Shown: positions 28,743 through 39,132, counted from the first letter of the stretch. The stretch: 64,000 nucleotides of DNA from Calditrichia bacterium (GCA_050633245.1 JBOEGD010000031.1:1-64000), one strand, 5' to 3'. The notes: generated from the sequence alone by a model not told the origin. Numbers and translations: made by a program.

Positions 28743-28873
28743 TGAAATACACTTTCTCAGGACAAGATTTTATGACATTTACCTACTTCATATTCGCAGT
28801 AAAGGGAGCACTATCTTAAAATGAAATCAACATTTTGCCATAAATACCAAAGTACTAATCTTTGCCCTCTTTA

Positions 28874-31800
28874 TTATGCTCCCACAATCCCTTCCTTTTG
28901 CATAAACGATAGCAAGCCTTTCACTGTATCTTCTAAGGTCGGATCTTCCCTGCCCCACTCTGACTCCTGAACGGCTTTATGATAATTCTGATTATCATAA
29001 AGTTTAAACTCCATAGCTGAGATATTGCCTACCGAGCGCACGAAAAAGTCCAGCAGCGGAAACAGCAAATCGTCTTTGCCACAACGATTGATTACTTCCG
29101 GTACAAAATTGGGCAGTGAAAAGTATTCAAATTCACGCCCTGTTAGCTTGCCTAAAATTTGAGTAACGTCCATCATGCTGGCGTATTCACTTCGCGTAAC
29201 GTGAAAGGTGGTATTCACCGTATCCGCGGAGGAAGCAATCGCCACAATATTGTTCGCAACCAGATCGGCAGGTGTAAAGCTCACCTGGTTTTTTGCGGTT
29301 ACGGCGATTCCGTGCTTCAGCATAAATGTCAGCAAGCGTATGGAAATGTCAAAATTATATCCGGCACCTTCAACAGATGGGCTGATTAACGCCGGGCGAA
29401 AAATGCGTGCTTCAAGTCCGTTGCGCATTGCGTCCATTACCACCTGCTCAGAAACCCATTTGCTTTGGCTATAGCCAAAATCCAGCAGATCCATGCTCGC
29501 ATTTGTATCGCTCTCGTATAGCACATCTTTTACCGACCAGCCAAAGACAAAGGTTGTGGAAATATGATTCAGGACTTTCTTCCGTGTGTCAAACGCCAGA
29601 CGAATGAGTTCATTGGTTCCGCCCACATTTGCGCCCCGCATAGATTCATATCCAAGGATATAATTAACCTGCGCTCCATTGTGGTAGATTGAATGGATAT
29701 GTTCCGCCAGAAAACCCCAGGTTTCGCTATCCAGCCCTAAAAAAGAACGTGCAAGATCACCACAGACCGGATGCACACGCTCGCTAAACCTATACTGCTG
29801 TTCAGCAGAGCAATATCCCGCAGAGGCAAAAGCATCCTGTATTCGCTTTGCTCCAGCTGCTTTATCTTCCGCTCGAGCCAAAACAAAAATATCGGATTTG
29901 GTTTGTTCCAGTAAGCTTTTCAATAAGAACGGCCCCAGAAAGCCGGTGCCGCCCGTTAACAGAATTGCGCCCGGGTTGGTTGAGGAGAATGATTCTGCAA
30001 GGATCTCTGCCTTAAATGCCAGCTTCGCATCCGCCTTCATTAGCTGCTGATCTTTCTCCAAATTCTCCTGCTGAAATTTCAAGATCATTGAACGAAAGCG
30101 AAGTGCTGCACCGGGTTTTGCCGTCTCCAGTTGTTCCATCAGATCGTACAGTTCACTAATTGCAATGTTCTGAACCAATCGAATATCTATTTGTCCCGCA
30201 AGTGCTGTAGCCCCGGTAGCCTCAACGCGTAACTTCAAGTCGTGCAAAAACTCTGCTGTTGTAAGCGAGTCCAAACCCGCTTCCGAAAGAGAGCAAATAT
30301 CCGTACGGCTCAGTCCATACCGCCGTAACAAGGCTTCAATGGATGCGTCATTCCAGTTCGGGGAAGTATGAACGACTACGCCTTGATTTGGATAACTGCT
30401 GTGTATCAGCGTCAATTCTGACTGCTGCCAGAGCCGCTTTGCACGGTAACGGATAATTTTCCCTGAACTGGTTTTGGGAATTGTTCGTGGTGCAAGATAA
30501 GCAAAGCAAGCGACTTGAATACCCAGCCTGCTTTGAACACTACGGCTTAACTCCTGATCATCCGGTAGAGCGGATGTCTTTTTCAGTTCAGCTAAAACGA
30601 TCAGCCTTTCTTCGTCGTCTTCCTCGACAGCAAATGAAGCAACACATCCTTTACGAATGAGCGGATGTGTTTCCACAATGGATTCAATGTCCTGCGGATA
30701 GAAATTTAATCCGCGAATGATGATCATATCCTTCATGCGTCCACAAATATAGAGCTCGCCCTTATCGAGGAACCCCAGATCGCCGGATCGCAAAAAGGCT
30801 TTTTCCGGTTCACTTTCAAGCTGAGCCTCGAAAGTTTTAGACGTTAATTTGGGACGTTGCCAATACCCGGCACAACGGCTGGCTCCACGAAGCCAGATCT
30901 CACCCACTTGCCGATCAGCAAGCAGGTGATTTTTCTGCACATCCACGATGCGAATTTCCGTGTCTCCAAGCGGTTTGCCACAGCTAAATATGGCAGTCGC
31001 ATCTTTTGATGGAGTTGGTTCGAGAGTTTTTACTTCATTTTGCTGCAAAGCAGCGCTGTCCAACCATAACGTATTTCGTCCATAATTGGAAACCGCCAGC
31101 GTGAACTCAGCCAATCCATAGGCTGCGAAAAAACTTTGGGGCTTCAAACCAAACGGCCTAAATTTCTTCAGAAACCTTTGATAAGTATTGCTACGTACCG
31201 GCTCCGCGGCAGTCATTAAAAAGCGCAGCGAACTGAGATCGAGATCCTGATAGATGGCTTGGGGAATTTTATCAGGACGCAGACAATACTCGAAGGCAAA
31301 GTTGGGTGCCGACGAGGCCGTACCGCGATACTTGCTAATGGTTTCCAGCCAGAGTGCCGGGCGCTGAATAAAATCCAGCGGTGAAAATCCGTAGGTGGTA
31401 CCACCCTTCAGCGCAAAGAAAAGATAGTAACCGATCAGCCCCATATCATGGTATTGCGGCAGCCAGGAAACGCCGATTGGCAAATGGTCGACCACTGATT
31501 CACAGTTGTGTAGAATATTCTGATGGCTTACCATCACGCCTTTGGGCTGATTGGTTGATCCAGAAGTGTATTGCAAAAACAAGATGTCTGAGTGAGCCTC
31601 GGGAAATTCCGTCACGTCGCTTCTCCCGGCATCCGTGGTAACAATCCACTTCAGCTTGCTGATAAACTCAGGCTTTATGCGGAATTCGGCGATATACTTT
31701 TTTGCCAGACTCATTTTCATCGACCAGTAGAATGTCCGATTGGTTAAAACCGCAGCAGCTTGACAATCCCGCGCAATAAAGGTCATTTTATAAAGAGCCG

Positions 31801-32095
31801 ACTGAAATCCATGCGAGCCGGGAGGATAGACCGGAACCGGGATTAGTCCGAGACGAACGCAGGCAAAGAATGCACAAATCATCTCTAGTCCGGGTGGATA
31901 TGCCAACAGCACTCGCTCACCCGGTTTTAGCGGAAAGGTGTGATGAATATGAGCCGCAATTTGTCCGGTTCGAGCAACAAACTCCAGATAGCTATATTTC
32001 TCAATTTGCTTTCCATTGATATCTAAAAAGCAATAGAGCAGTTTATCAGGCGTTTGTTCGGCGCAATTGTAGAGGTTTTTCAGTATCGAGGGCAT
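28874..32095 (-). CDS. Fatty acyl-AMP ligase - carrier protein - thioester reductase (FAAL-ACP-R) fusion
   Basis: LQYTSGST..PKGV, SWLPQYHDMGLIG, YGLAE, RSGDLGF, PKTSSGK (FAAL-type A domain); GLDSL phosphopantetheine site; TGGTGFLG, HNGA, YSQSK (R domain). Confidence 0.92.
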   Translation of the reverse strand: MPSILKNLYNCAEQTPDKLLYCFLDINGKQIEKYSYLEFVARTGQIAAHIHHTFPLKPGERVLLAYPPGLEMICAFFACVRLGLIPVPVYPPGSHGFQSALYKMTFIARDCQAAAVLTNRTFYWSMKMSLAKKYIAEFRIKPEFISKLKWIVTTDAGRSDVTEFPEAHSDILFLQYTSGSTNQPKGVMVSHQNILHNCESVVDHLPIGVSWLPQYHDMGLIGYYLFFALKGGTTYGFSPLDFIQRPALWLETISKYRGTASSAPNFAFEYCLRPDKIPQAIYQDLDLSSLRFLMTAAEPVRSNTYQRFLKKFRPFGLKPQSFFAAYGLAEFTLAVSNYGRNTLWLDSAALQQNEVKTLEPTPSKDATAIFSCGKPLGDTEIRIVDVQKNHLLADRQVGEIWLRGASRCAGYWQRPKLTSKTFEAQLESEPEKAFLRSGDLGFLDKGELYICGRMKDMIIIRGLNFYPQDIESIVETHPLIRKGCVASFAVEEDDEERLIVLAELKKTSALPDDQELSRSVQSRLGIQVACFAYLAPRTIPKTSSGKIIRYRAKRLWQQSELTLIHSSYPNQGVVVHTSPNWNDASIEALLRRYGLSRTDICSLSEAGLDSLTTAEFLHDLKLRVEATGATALAGQIDIRLVQNIAISELYDLMEQLETAKPGAALRFRSMILKFQQENLEKDQQLMKADAKLAFKAEILAESFSSTNPGAILLTGGTGFLGPFLLKSLLEQTKSDIFVLARAEDKAAGAKRIQDAFASAGYCSAEQQYRFSERVHPVCGDLARSFLGLDSETWGFLAEHIHSIYHNGAQVNYILGYESMRGANVGGTNELIRLAFDTRKKVLNHISTTFVFGWSVKDVLYESDTNASMDLLDFGYSQSKWVSEQVVMDAMRNGLEARIFRPALISPSVEGAGYNFDISIRLLTFMLKHGIAVTAKNQVSFTPADLVANNIVAIASSADTVNTTFHVTRSEYASMMDVTQILGKLTGREFEYFSLPNFVPEVINRCGKDDLLFPLLDFFVRSVGNISAMEFKLYDNQNYHKAVQESEWGREDPTLEDTVKGLLSFMQKEGIVGA

Positions 32096-32104
32096 AGCAT
32101 CTCG

Positions 32105-33475
32105 TTATTTACAAGAACGGGGATTGAACTGCAGTTTTATTGCGCCATCCGGACGAAGAATCATCATTGGTTTTATCGCAACCGGCGTTTCAGATATCGG
32201 TTGAAAATCGTAACGTTGAATAAGATGAACCAAGATCAGCAACATCTGGATAATCGCCAGATTGCTGCCGATACACACTCTCGGACCACCACCAAACGGA
32301 ATATGCGCAAATTGGTGACGCGCTTTTTTATTTTCCGTCACAAAGCGATCGGGATCGAAGACCTCCGGTTGCTCCCAGAAATCGAGGTTACGATGTGTTC
32401 CATAAATATATGGAATTACGGTAATACCGGCCGGAATGCGAATACCCATAATCTCATCATTTTGCAGCGCCACCCGGTCTACCATCCAAAAGGGCGGATA
32501 AAGCCGCATCGCCTCATCAAGTACTTGAGCTGTATAGGTCAGACGATGCAGATCTGCAAAATTTAGAAGCTTACCGTGCAAAATCTGCTTCATTTCTTCC
32601 CGCATCAGTTTAAGATGTTCGGGATGACGACTGAGCAAGTAGAGCGTCCAGGAAAGAGCATTTGATGACGTCTCATTGCCGGCAACTAATAGCTGCAGAC
32701 TTTCAATTAAAATCTGTTCGTCGGTCATCTGAGAATTGTCATCTTTATAGCGGGAATCCATAAATACCTGCAGCAAATCGTTACCAACCTCACTGCTCCC
32801 ACGACGCTCTTCAATATACTTACGAACGATATTATCGGCCTCAATACGCATCCTTTGATAGCGACGGGACTGACCGGAAAGTTTATACCAGGGAATTTTG
32901 TATGGCTGTACAATTTGGTGAACGATAAAACTCTGAATTGTAGCGATGGTCTGTCCCAGTTGCTCCAATTCAGCATCTTTCATGCTATTCCCAAAGAGAG
33001 ATTTGCCAACCAGGCGCAACGTAAACGCAACCATTTGCTGATGAATATCAACAGGTCCTTTTGTTACCTCTGCATCGAAACTACGCATCGACTCCGCCAT
33101 TACCTGCTGCATAATCGGTAATAGTGCAGAAATATGATCGCGCTTAAAACCGCGCTGCAAGAAGCGTCGCTGACGCAGCCAGTACTCATCATGGCTATTC
33201 AACAGCCCCTGTCCTTGAAACTCACCCATGCGCTTCACCTGAATATCAGATTTATGATAGTTTTGATGGTTTTTCTTTAAAACATGCTGAATAAAATCGG
33301 GGTGGGTGGATACAATTGCCGGCTTGGCACCGCCGAAGTGAAAGGTGAAGGTGTGTCCCAGTCGCGCGCGATATCTTTCAAACACCTCAATCGGATTGCG
33401 AATCATATCCCGGGAATCGGCAAAGGCACTTAACCGGGGAATATACGGCACATTGGTAATGCGGTTGGTAAACAT
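32105..33475 (-). CDS. Cytochrome P450
   Basis: AGNETS I-helix, EAMR ExxR, FDPDRF, PFGGGPRVCIG heme motif; start moved to MFTNR. Confidence 0.96.
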   Translation of the reverse strand: MFTNRITNVPYIPRLSAFADSRDMIRNPIEVFERYRARLGHTFTFHFGGAKPAIVSTHPDFIQHVLKKNHQNYHKSDIQVKRMGEFQGQGLLNSHDEYWLRQRRFLQRGFKRDHISALLPIMQQVMAESMRSFDAEVTKGPVDIHQQMVAFTLRLVGKSLFGNSMKDAELEQLGQTIATIQSFIVHQIVQPYKIPWYKLSGQSRRYQRMRIEADNIVRKYIEERRGSSEVGNDLLQVFMDSRYKDDNSQMTDEQILIESLQLLVAGNETSSNALSWTLYLLSRHPEHLKLMREEMKQILHGKLLNFADLHRLTYTAQVLDEAMRLYPPFWMVDRVALQNDEIMGIRIPAGITVIPYIYGTHRNLDFWEQPEVFDPDRFVTENKKARHQFAHIPFGGGPRVCIGSNLAIIQMLLILVHLIQRYDFQPISETPVAIKPMMILRPDGAIKLQFNPRSCK

Positions 33476-33555
33476 GGCAGCCTCACTTTCGCCTATATTT
33501 ACCAATTAATCCAGAAATACTGAAATAGTATGTTTCACTGAGCAAACTATAATCT

Positions 33556-33645
33556 TCTGTTCTTTTGAAAGACCAAAAGAACCAAAAGTCTTTTCGACGA
33601 GAGAAACTCGCCATCCCGGCTCGGACAGCTCTCGTCAGATCATCC
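33556..33645. repeat. Structured ~90-bp repeat, copy 1
   Basis: TTCTTTTG-AAAGAC-CAAAAGAA-CCAAAA-GTCTTT, then GACGAGAG...CTCTCGTC stem and TCATCC. Confidence 0.92.
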
Positions 33646-33861
33646 CGGAGAAAAAATACCGATATAAAACATAGCTCCCAGCAGGCATAAGTAAAGACGC
33701 GATGTCCACAACTCATAGAGTAATGCTGGAGCGTCTTTGTGATACTATAGCTACAGCGGAAACCGCTTGCCAGGCGCAGCCGTGGGTAGTACCAGCAGGA
33801 ACCGCCCGCATCTCGGAAGAGGAGACCGCACGCCTACAAAGTGATACGATGGATTCAAACA

Positions 33862-33950
33862 TCTGTTCTTTTGAAAGACCAAAAGAACCAAACGTCTTTT
33901 CGACGAGAGAAACTCGCCATCCCGGCTCGGATAGCTCTCGTCGTTCATCC
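33862..33950. repeat. Structured ~90-bp repeat, copy 2
   Basis: Near-identical direct repeat of copy 1, 306 bp downstream. Confidence 0.92.
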
Positions 33951-34116
33951 TTGAAAAAAGAAAACGTATAGCCGCAGAGCGGCGGAATATTTATAGTAAA
34001 TATTGTAGATTATATTTGTCAAACCCCAACAGGGCGATTTATTTATTTTAGTTTGTTTAGATGCTATTTTGTCAATATATCGATTATAGTACATAATAAA
34101 ACCAGAGCACGGCCGC

Positions 34117-34938
34117 ATGAACTACCAAACCTTTCCCCCACATCCCGACTTAGCCGCGCTAATAAAGTGCTATTGGATCTTACAGGTTCCGGCCGATATT
34201 GATGCACCGAGGCAGCGCATTATCCCCGATGGTTGTATCGAGATGATTTTTACGCTTGGGGAAGACATCAAAAGATATACTTCTGAGGAAGACTTTATCA
34301 TTCAGCCGCGGGCAATGATACTCGGCCAAACGATCGAGCCTTTCTTTATTCAACCCACCGGGCGAGTCGAGACGTTTGCAATCCGTTTTTATCCGTATGG
34401 ATTTGCAAACTTTGCTAATGCTCCTATCATAAGCCTCGCTAATAAGGAAACACCGATCGCCCAGCTATTTGGAGACAAACCCGCAGGTGAACTGGAGCAA
34501 AGCATCATTGCTGCTAAAGACACTCAAGGGCGAATAGAAATCATCGAAGACTTCCTCAACACGAAACTGAAGGAACAGTCAACAATCGACAATATTGTGA
34601 AATCAACTGTGGATGCCATCTTTCAATCGAAAGGAAGTAAGTCAATACACGCTATTCTAAAAGATGAATTGCCAAAAAGAAGAAATCTCGAAAGAAAATT
34701 TCTGAAGCAGGTAGGAATCAGTCCGAAGCAATTGGGGAAGGTTATCCGTTTACAGACGGCTTTAACAATGATACTCAGCGAGCAACGTGAAAGTTTAACT
34801 CAAATTGCGTACGATAGCGATTATTATGATCAATCCCATTTTATAAAGGACTTTAAGGAATTTACCGGGACAAACCCGAAGGAGTTTTCAAAAGATCAGC
34901 AGCATATTCTTTCCTCGCTTTTCTACTCCGGAGACTGA
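34117..34938 (+). CDS. AraC family regulator with DUF6597-like N-domain
   Basis: P.P.L...IKCYW, IIPDG, VGISPKQ, YYDQSHFIKDFKEFTG. Confidence 0.92.
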   Translation: MNYQTFPPHPDLAALIKCYWILQVPADIDAPRQRIIPDGCIEMIFTLGEDIKRYTSEEDFIIQPRAMILGQTIEPFFIQPTGRVETFAIRFYPYGFANFANAPIISLANKETPIAQLFGDKPAGELEQSIIAAKDTQGRIEIIEDFLNTKLKEQSTIDNIVKSTVDAIFQSKGSKSIHAILKDELPKRRNLERKFLKQVGISPKQLGKVIRLQTALTMILSEQRESLTQIAYDSDYYDQSHFIKDFKEFTGTNPKEFSKDQQHILSSLFYSGD

Positions 34939-34940
34939 CT

Positions 34941-34956
34941 TGTCGCAATTTTACAA
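34941..34956 (+). promoter_or_regulatory. Putative AraC binding site upstream of the VOC gene
   Basis: TGTCGCAATTTTACAA directly after the regulator stop, the position typical for this regulator/target arrangement. Confidence 0.4.
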
Positions 34957-35013
34957 TTCCTGCCTTTATCCGTTCAATACATTGGTTTCGTAAACAAACA
35001 CTACGGAGATAAT

Positions 35014-35382
35014 ATGAAGAGCTTAATTTCAATCGTCGAAATCCCAACAATCGATTTCCCCCGAGCAATCAAGTTTTATCAATCCATACTGGACGTCAGT
35101 ATCGAGGAAATTGACATGGACGGTAATATGATGGGGCTGTTTCCCAACGACGGCGAATCTGTTTTTGTATCCTTAATCAGCGGAAGCGACTATAAGCCGT
35201 CTGCCAACGGCACCATTGTTTATCTTAACGCCGGAGATGATTTGCAACCAACTCTTGATAAAATTATTGCCAGTGGTGGCAAAATGGTCGTGCCCAAAAC
35301 AGAGATTGCTCCTGAAATGGGTTTTTTTGCGATGTTTATTGATTCTGAGGGGAATAAGTTGGGATTGCATTCTATGGGGTAA
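35014..35382 (+). CDS. VOC family protein
   Basis: VEIPT.DF.RA.KFY...GFFAMFIDSEGNKLGLHS. Confidence 0.92.
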   Translation: MKSLISIVEIPTIDFPRAIKFYQSILDVSIEEIDMDGNMMGLFPNDGESVFVSLISGSDYKPSANGTIVYLNAGDDLQPTLDKIIASGGKMVVPKTEIAPEMGFFAMFIDSEGNKLGLHSMG

Positions 35383-35410
35383 TAATAACTGAAAAGAACC
35401 TCTTGACCAC

Positions 35411-35497
35411 GTTCTTTTGAAAAGACCAAAAGAACCAAAAGTCTCTTTGCGAAAGGAACTCGCCCTCCCGGCTCAAACAACTTTCGCTAGATCATCC
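35411..35497. repeat. Structured ~90-bp repeat, copy 3 (half copy at 35551-35596)
   Basis: Same head; second stem changed on both sides to GCGAAAG...CTTTCGC. Confidence 0.88.
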
Positions 35498-35608
35498 ATG
35501 AGGAATAAGGTAAATAGACAATTTTAAGAGTATAGCCATTTCTCATTACCGCGAGCCCGGAACGTCAGGGCTCAAACAGCTCTCGCCGGGTCATCCATGA
35601 CAGACACT

Positions 35609-35826
35609 GTTCCCGTGCGGAGCCGAGCGGAGAGTGAGTAACACCAATAGAGCGATGCGACGTTCTCCGAGCGCAGCCGAGGAGCGGCGCATCCCTGATA
35701 AAGAGCTCCCATATTGGACGCTCTCTCGAAGTCGTGGCAGAACTTAGTAAAGACGCGATGCTTCGCGTCTCAGAGGATGCTAGTATAGCAGAGACCACTT
35801 GCTGCACCCTCCCCGGCTCAGGGAGC
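35609..35826. repeat. Mosaic of REP-like hairpins
   Basis: GTTCCCGTGCGGAGCCGA, GTTCTCCGAGCGCAGCCGAGGAGC, GTAAAGACGCGATGCTTCGCGTCTC, CGGCTCAGGGAGC. Confidence 0.65.
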
Positions 35827-35854
35827 AGACACAACAAGCAGTGAACAAATACTA

Positions 35855-37033
35855 TCATTTTTTCTCACGGCCAATATGTGCAAAGAATCCACCACCTGCA
35901 TACTTGCCGCCGCGAACACGGATAAGGAGGGAATTGTCACCAGGTTTTAATTTGATTCGTCTGGAATAACCTTTATGATCAGGGTTTTTCCAAAAATCAT
36001 ACCAGGCGTAACGGGCTGCACGGCCGTAACCCAAGAACTCTCCATTGAGCCAATACGCCTGTGCTTCATTAGAACTGGTGTGTAGATTAACCACCTCTGC
36101 GCTATCTGCATGAATTACAGTATGAAAGTAGGCGACATTTCTGCCACCTGTGAACTCGGTGAGTTTTCCACTAACAACGCACCCGCGCTTATCGGTTGTA
36201 AACTTATGCCAACGGTTCGCAGCTCCACCATGTTCTGTATAAATTTTCTCCGGCTGGAAGCCTTCTTTTTCAAGTTCGGACAAGGTGCCGCAAAACGGAC
36301 CGACCACTTGCCAATCGGTTATCAATTGTTCCGGCTCATAATCGATTCCACCCGGTTGCATCGGGCCTTTATAACTAAACTGAGCGATTGATGATACCCG
36401 AACATTATCCAGCCAGAAAGCGCCTCCAACAACCCGTGGTTTAAACCCCAAGCTACCGGATTTGAATTCAAATGCATCGAAAGTAACTTTAGGCGTGATC
36501 ATATCACCAACATAAATATGGCACATTGAATCGATAACCTCAGCCTTAAAACGAGACCATTTGCCAATCACTATTGCATCAGCGCCAACAAGGGGCGTCT
36601 TATATTCTTCATAAAGCGTTCGGTGGGCATTATAATCACGACGTGGATTGACGCGTATATAGCTCCCATTACCTTTAATATAAACGCTACCGAAATCAAT
36701 GCGATCACCCGTTTGATTATAATGATAAATTAAGCCAAAGTAATTGTGTTCTGCCTTGGGAAACAAAACATCTGCCTCAACTGAATACCTATTCATTCCA
36801 TCTGAGTCTTTGATCAATGCGCGAACGAATTCGCCACCAGGAGTGAGCTTTAAAACTTTGCCATGGACCGGATCGCCGGACTGGACAATCTGGATATTCT
36901 GCGGCTCATTTAAATCCCATTTACTCAAGCCATTTTCAAAGTCATCGTAAAAAAAGACGTTATTATTTTCCACATTCATTGATACAATAGAACCCAAAAG
37001 ATAAAGAATAAGTGTTATTGCGGTTATTTTCAT
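35855..37033 (-). CDS. Secreted protein with ConA-like (DUF1080-like) domain and C-terminal beta-sandwich
   Basis: Signal peptide; FYDDFENG, W.RFKAEV, SGSLG, DNVRV; DWQVVGPF...LKPGDNSLLIRV. Confidence 0.7.
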   Translation of the reverse strand: MKITAITLILYLLGSIVSMNVENNNVFFYDDFENGLSKWDLNEPQNIQIVQSGDPVHGKVLKLTPGGEFVRALIKDSDGMNRYSVEADVLFPKAEHNYFGLIYHYNQTGDRIDFGSVYIKGNGSYIRVNPRRDYNAHRTLYEEYKTPLVGADAIVIGKWSRFKAEVIDSMCHIYVGDMITPKVTFDAFEFKSGSLGFKPRVVGGAFWLDNVRVSSIAQFSYKGPMQPGGIDYEPEQLITDWQVVGPFCGTLSELEKEGFQPEKIYTEHGGAANRWHKFTTDKRGCVVSGKLTEFTGGRNVAYFHTVIHADSAEVVNLHTSSNEAQAYWLNGEFLGYGRAARYAWYDFWKNPDHKGYSRRIKLKPGDNSLLIRVRGGKYAGGGFFAHIGREKK

Positions 37034-37294
37034 AAGACATTCCTCGAACGGTTCACTATTTTGAGCAAGACAAAAGCAACAAGCAGAAATTAGCCTTTCA
37101 TATCTACTCTCAAAAAGTATCAGTTAAAAAGTTGGCTGAATATAGCCAAATGGCGATGCATAGTATTGTAAAATTACGACATTCGAGCGGGCTTATCTTG
37201 TGCAAAATATAAGAGAAAGAAGTGTATTAAATTCCTCCATATATTCAGGCACGCGACATACTTATATTATGCTAATTTGCTAATCGGATTAGAC

Positions 37295-38083
37295 ATGAAC
37301 ATTTCCATAACACCAATTCTGCAGAGCTTAAGGGATATCTACGATATTGAGGGCATTATGCCGCGCTTTCAGGCGTATCTCTCACTGATGCTGGGAGACA
37401 CTCGCGGCGAAGCGTTTCCCCTCGGCGTGTTTAGCCCGATGGGAAAGCGACAATCCGGCTATCTGGATAACCTAATCGCGCTGGAGGCTGAGTCCATTGC
37501 TGAAAAAGCGGCCGCAGAGGCAGCGGCAAAACTTTCTGCGGTTTCCAGTACCTATCGCCTGCTTCTGGTTGTCGCAGATGTTGCACGCAACGGCTGGACA
37601 CAACGCTATCTGACCGATGCAGAATGGCGCCTGCAAAACAAGTACGATGCCATGCCGCAAAACGCTAGACCGATAAATTTTGACAGATGGGTGACCGTAC
37701 AGTTGTGGACAGACGAGGAGCCAAACGCTGCATATATTTCCCGGGAAACTCAGGCGACGATCTACCGGGCGGCGTACAGAGAACGTATCGGAATACCGAA
37801 GACTCTTGCTGAAATGATGCATCAGGAAGGCAGAGCAATGGCATTTGCGGGGTATAGTCCAACTCTAAACGAAGAAGATATCGCCTATTCCCGGCAAATT
37901 ATTGAGCCCTTTCGGCAAAGCAATGATTATCCGGTCTGTTTTACCGCGCTGTATGGGGATGAGATCGCCAAAGCGGTAGGCTATCAGGGGCTGGGATTGT
38001 CAAAAATGGCGGGATTTGATGTGGGGTTGGACGAGGAAAAGATATCATTACATAAGAGGAAAAGACCATGGGAAATATTCTGA
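37295..38083 (+). CDS. Hypothetical protein, weak resemblance to DUF2268 zincins but lacking HExxH
   Basis: TLAEMMHQEGRA and YGD...GY..LG...AGF motifs. Confidence 0.55.
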   Translation: MNISITPILQSLRDIYDIEGIMPRFQAYLSLMLGDTRGEAFPLGVFSPMGKRQSGYLDNLIALEAESIAEKAAAEAAAKLSAVSSTYRLLLVVADVARNGWTQRYLTDAEWRLQNKYDAMPQNARPINFDRWVTVQLWTDEEPNAAYISRETQATIYRAAYRERIGIPKTLAEMMHQEGRAMAFAGYSPTLNEEDIAYSRQIIEPFRQSNDYPVCFTALYGDEIAKAVGYQGLGLSKMAGFDVGLDEEKISLHKRKRPWEIF

Positions 38084-39132
38084 TTGGAGTAGCAACGCTT
38101 ATTTATTTTGGAATGCTTGTGCTCTTTTACAGTTCGCATCCCGTTTCAGGCCAGTATGGGGTAGGTCTGGGCTGGATGCTTATCCTCGGCAACTTTGGAT
38201 TCGTGCTGTGCCTCACCATTGTAACGGGAATCATCGGCTCGAAAGGTGGTTTCTCCTGGGTAGCTTCCGACGGTGGGCTCAGGCTTGTGTTAGTGCTGGT
38301 AGGGTTCATCGTTATCATGTTGGGTAATGTCTTACCCTTTTTGGGTGAAGGCTTGAGAGATTTGCCACCGTTTCTCATTCGAATTCTAAATTTTGCTCCG
38401 GCTGTACTACCACCGTTGTTGCTGGCGAGCGTTGCCATATTGCTCAATGATGGTTGGCGGTCTGCCCTGCCTGATTTGGCATATAAATTACCGCTGACGA
38501 TCGCGCTTGCTTTTGGAATTTTTGCTATAGGTTTGCTACTGAGGCAAGGTGCTCTTAACTCTGCCGAACGAATGCAAGCAGAATCTGATTCTGAAAAGCA
38601 AATTCATCAAAACTACCATGATAATATCGACTCCTGTGATGTGATGAAGGAACTCGTCTTCATCCTCGGCTACACCGATGCCAACCACTATCCTGACGTG
38701 CGGGAACATGCCCTTGCCAAAATCAAAACTCGTACCGATTGGCAGGAGGCACTCGTTAAGCAAATCAAAACCGACTGGGCGCCAGAAGTATTCACTTTCC
38801 TTGCCTCCAATGAAGTGGATGACAAGGCGATGTTCATGGAGGCTGTACGGGAGGGACTTTTGGTTCAAGCCAAACTAATCCGGAAAGGTATCGGAAAAGC
38901 TGCATATCCTTCACAACTCACTTCCGACGAGTTTTTCTGGCAAGTACAACGTGCTCTGCGGACAGCGGACAAATTTGCTGGCATGGGGACTGATTATCGG
39001 TCGGCAGTGGAAGAAATGCGAAAGGCTTTGGATGAACCTTCTAACATAGAAAAACCGAAGTTCAGATGTACAGCACTGCTGGATGACTGGTTAAAAAAAC
39101 ATGGACAAAAAGAGAAAAATGTGAAAAGATAA
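38068..39132 (+). CDS. Hypothetical membrane protein (5 TM plus helical C-domain)
   Basis: 354-aa ORF overlapping the upstream stop; hydrophobic N-half. Confidence 0.8.
   Translation: MGNILIGVATLIYFGMLVLFYSSHPVSGQYGVGLGWMLILGNFGFVLCLTIVTGIIGSKGGFSWVASDGGLRLVLVLVGFIVIMLGNVLPFLGEGLRDLPPFLIRILNFAPAVLPPLLLASVAILLNDGWRSALPDLAYKLPLTIALAFGIFAIGLLLRQGALNSAERMQAESDSEKQIHQNYHDNIDSCDVMKELVFILGYTDANHYPDVREHALAKIKTRTDWQEALVKQIKTDWAPEVFTFLASNEVDDKAMFMEAVREGLLVQAKLIRKGIGKAAYPSQLTSDEFFWQVQRALRTADKFAGMGTDYRSAVEEMRKALDEPSNIEKPKFRCTALLDDWLKKHGQKEKNVKR

Noticed and set aside
33483-33971. Short ORFs 33483-33716, 33702-33971 and 33751-33948
   Set aside because: They are translations of the structured repeats and have no protein-like features. 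The same applies to 35220-35480, 35565-35858, 39352-39540, 42825-43043 and 44243-44515.
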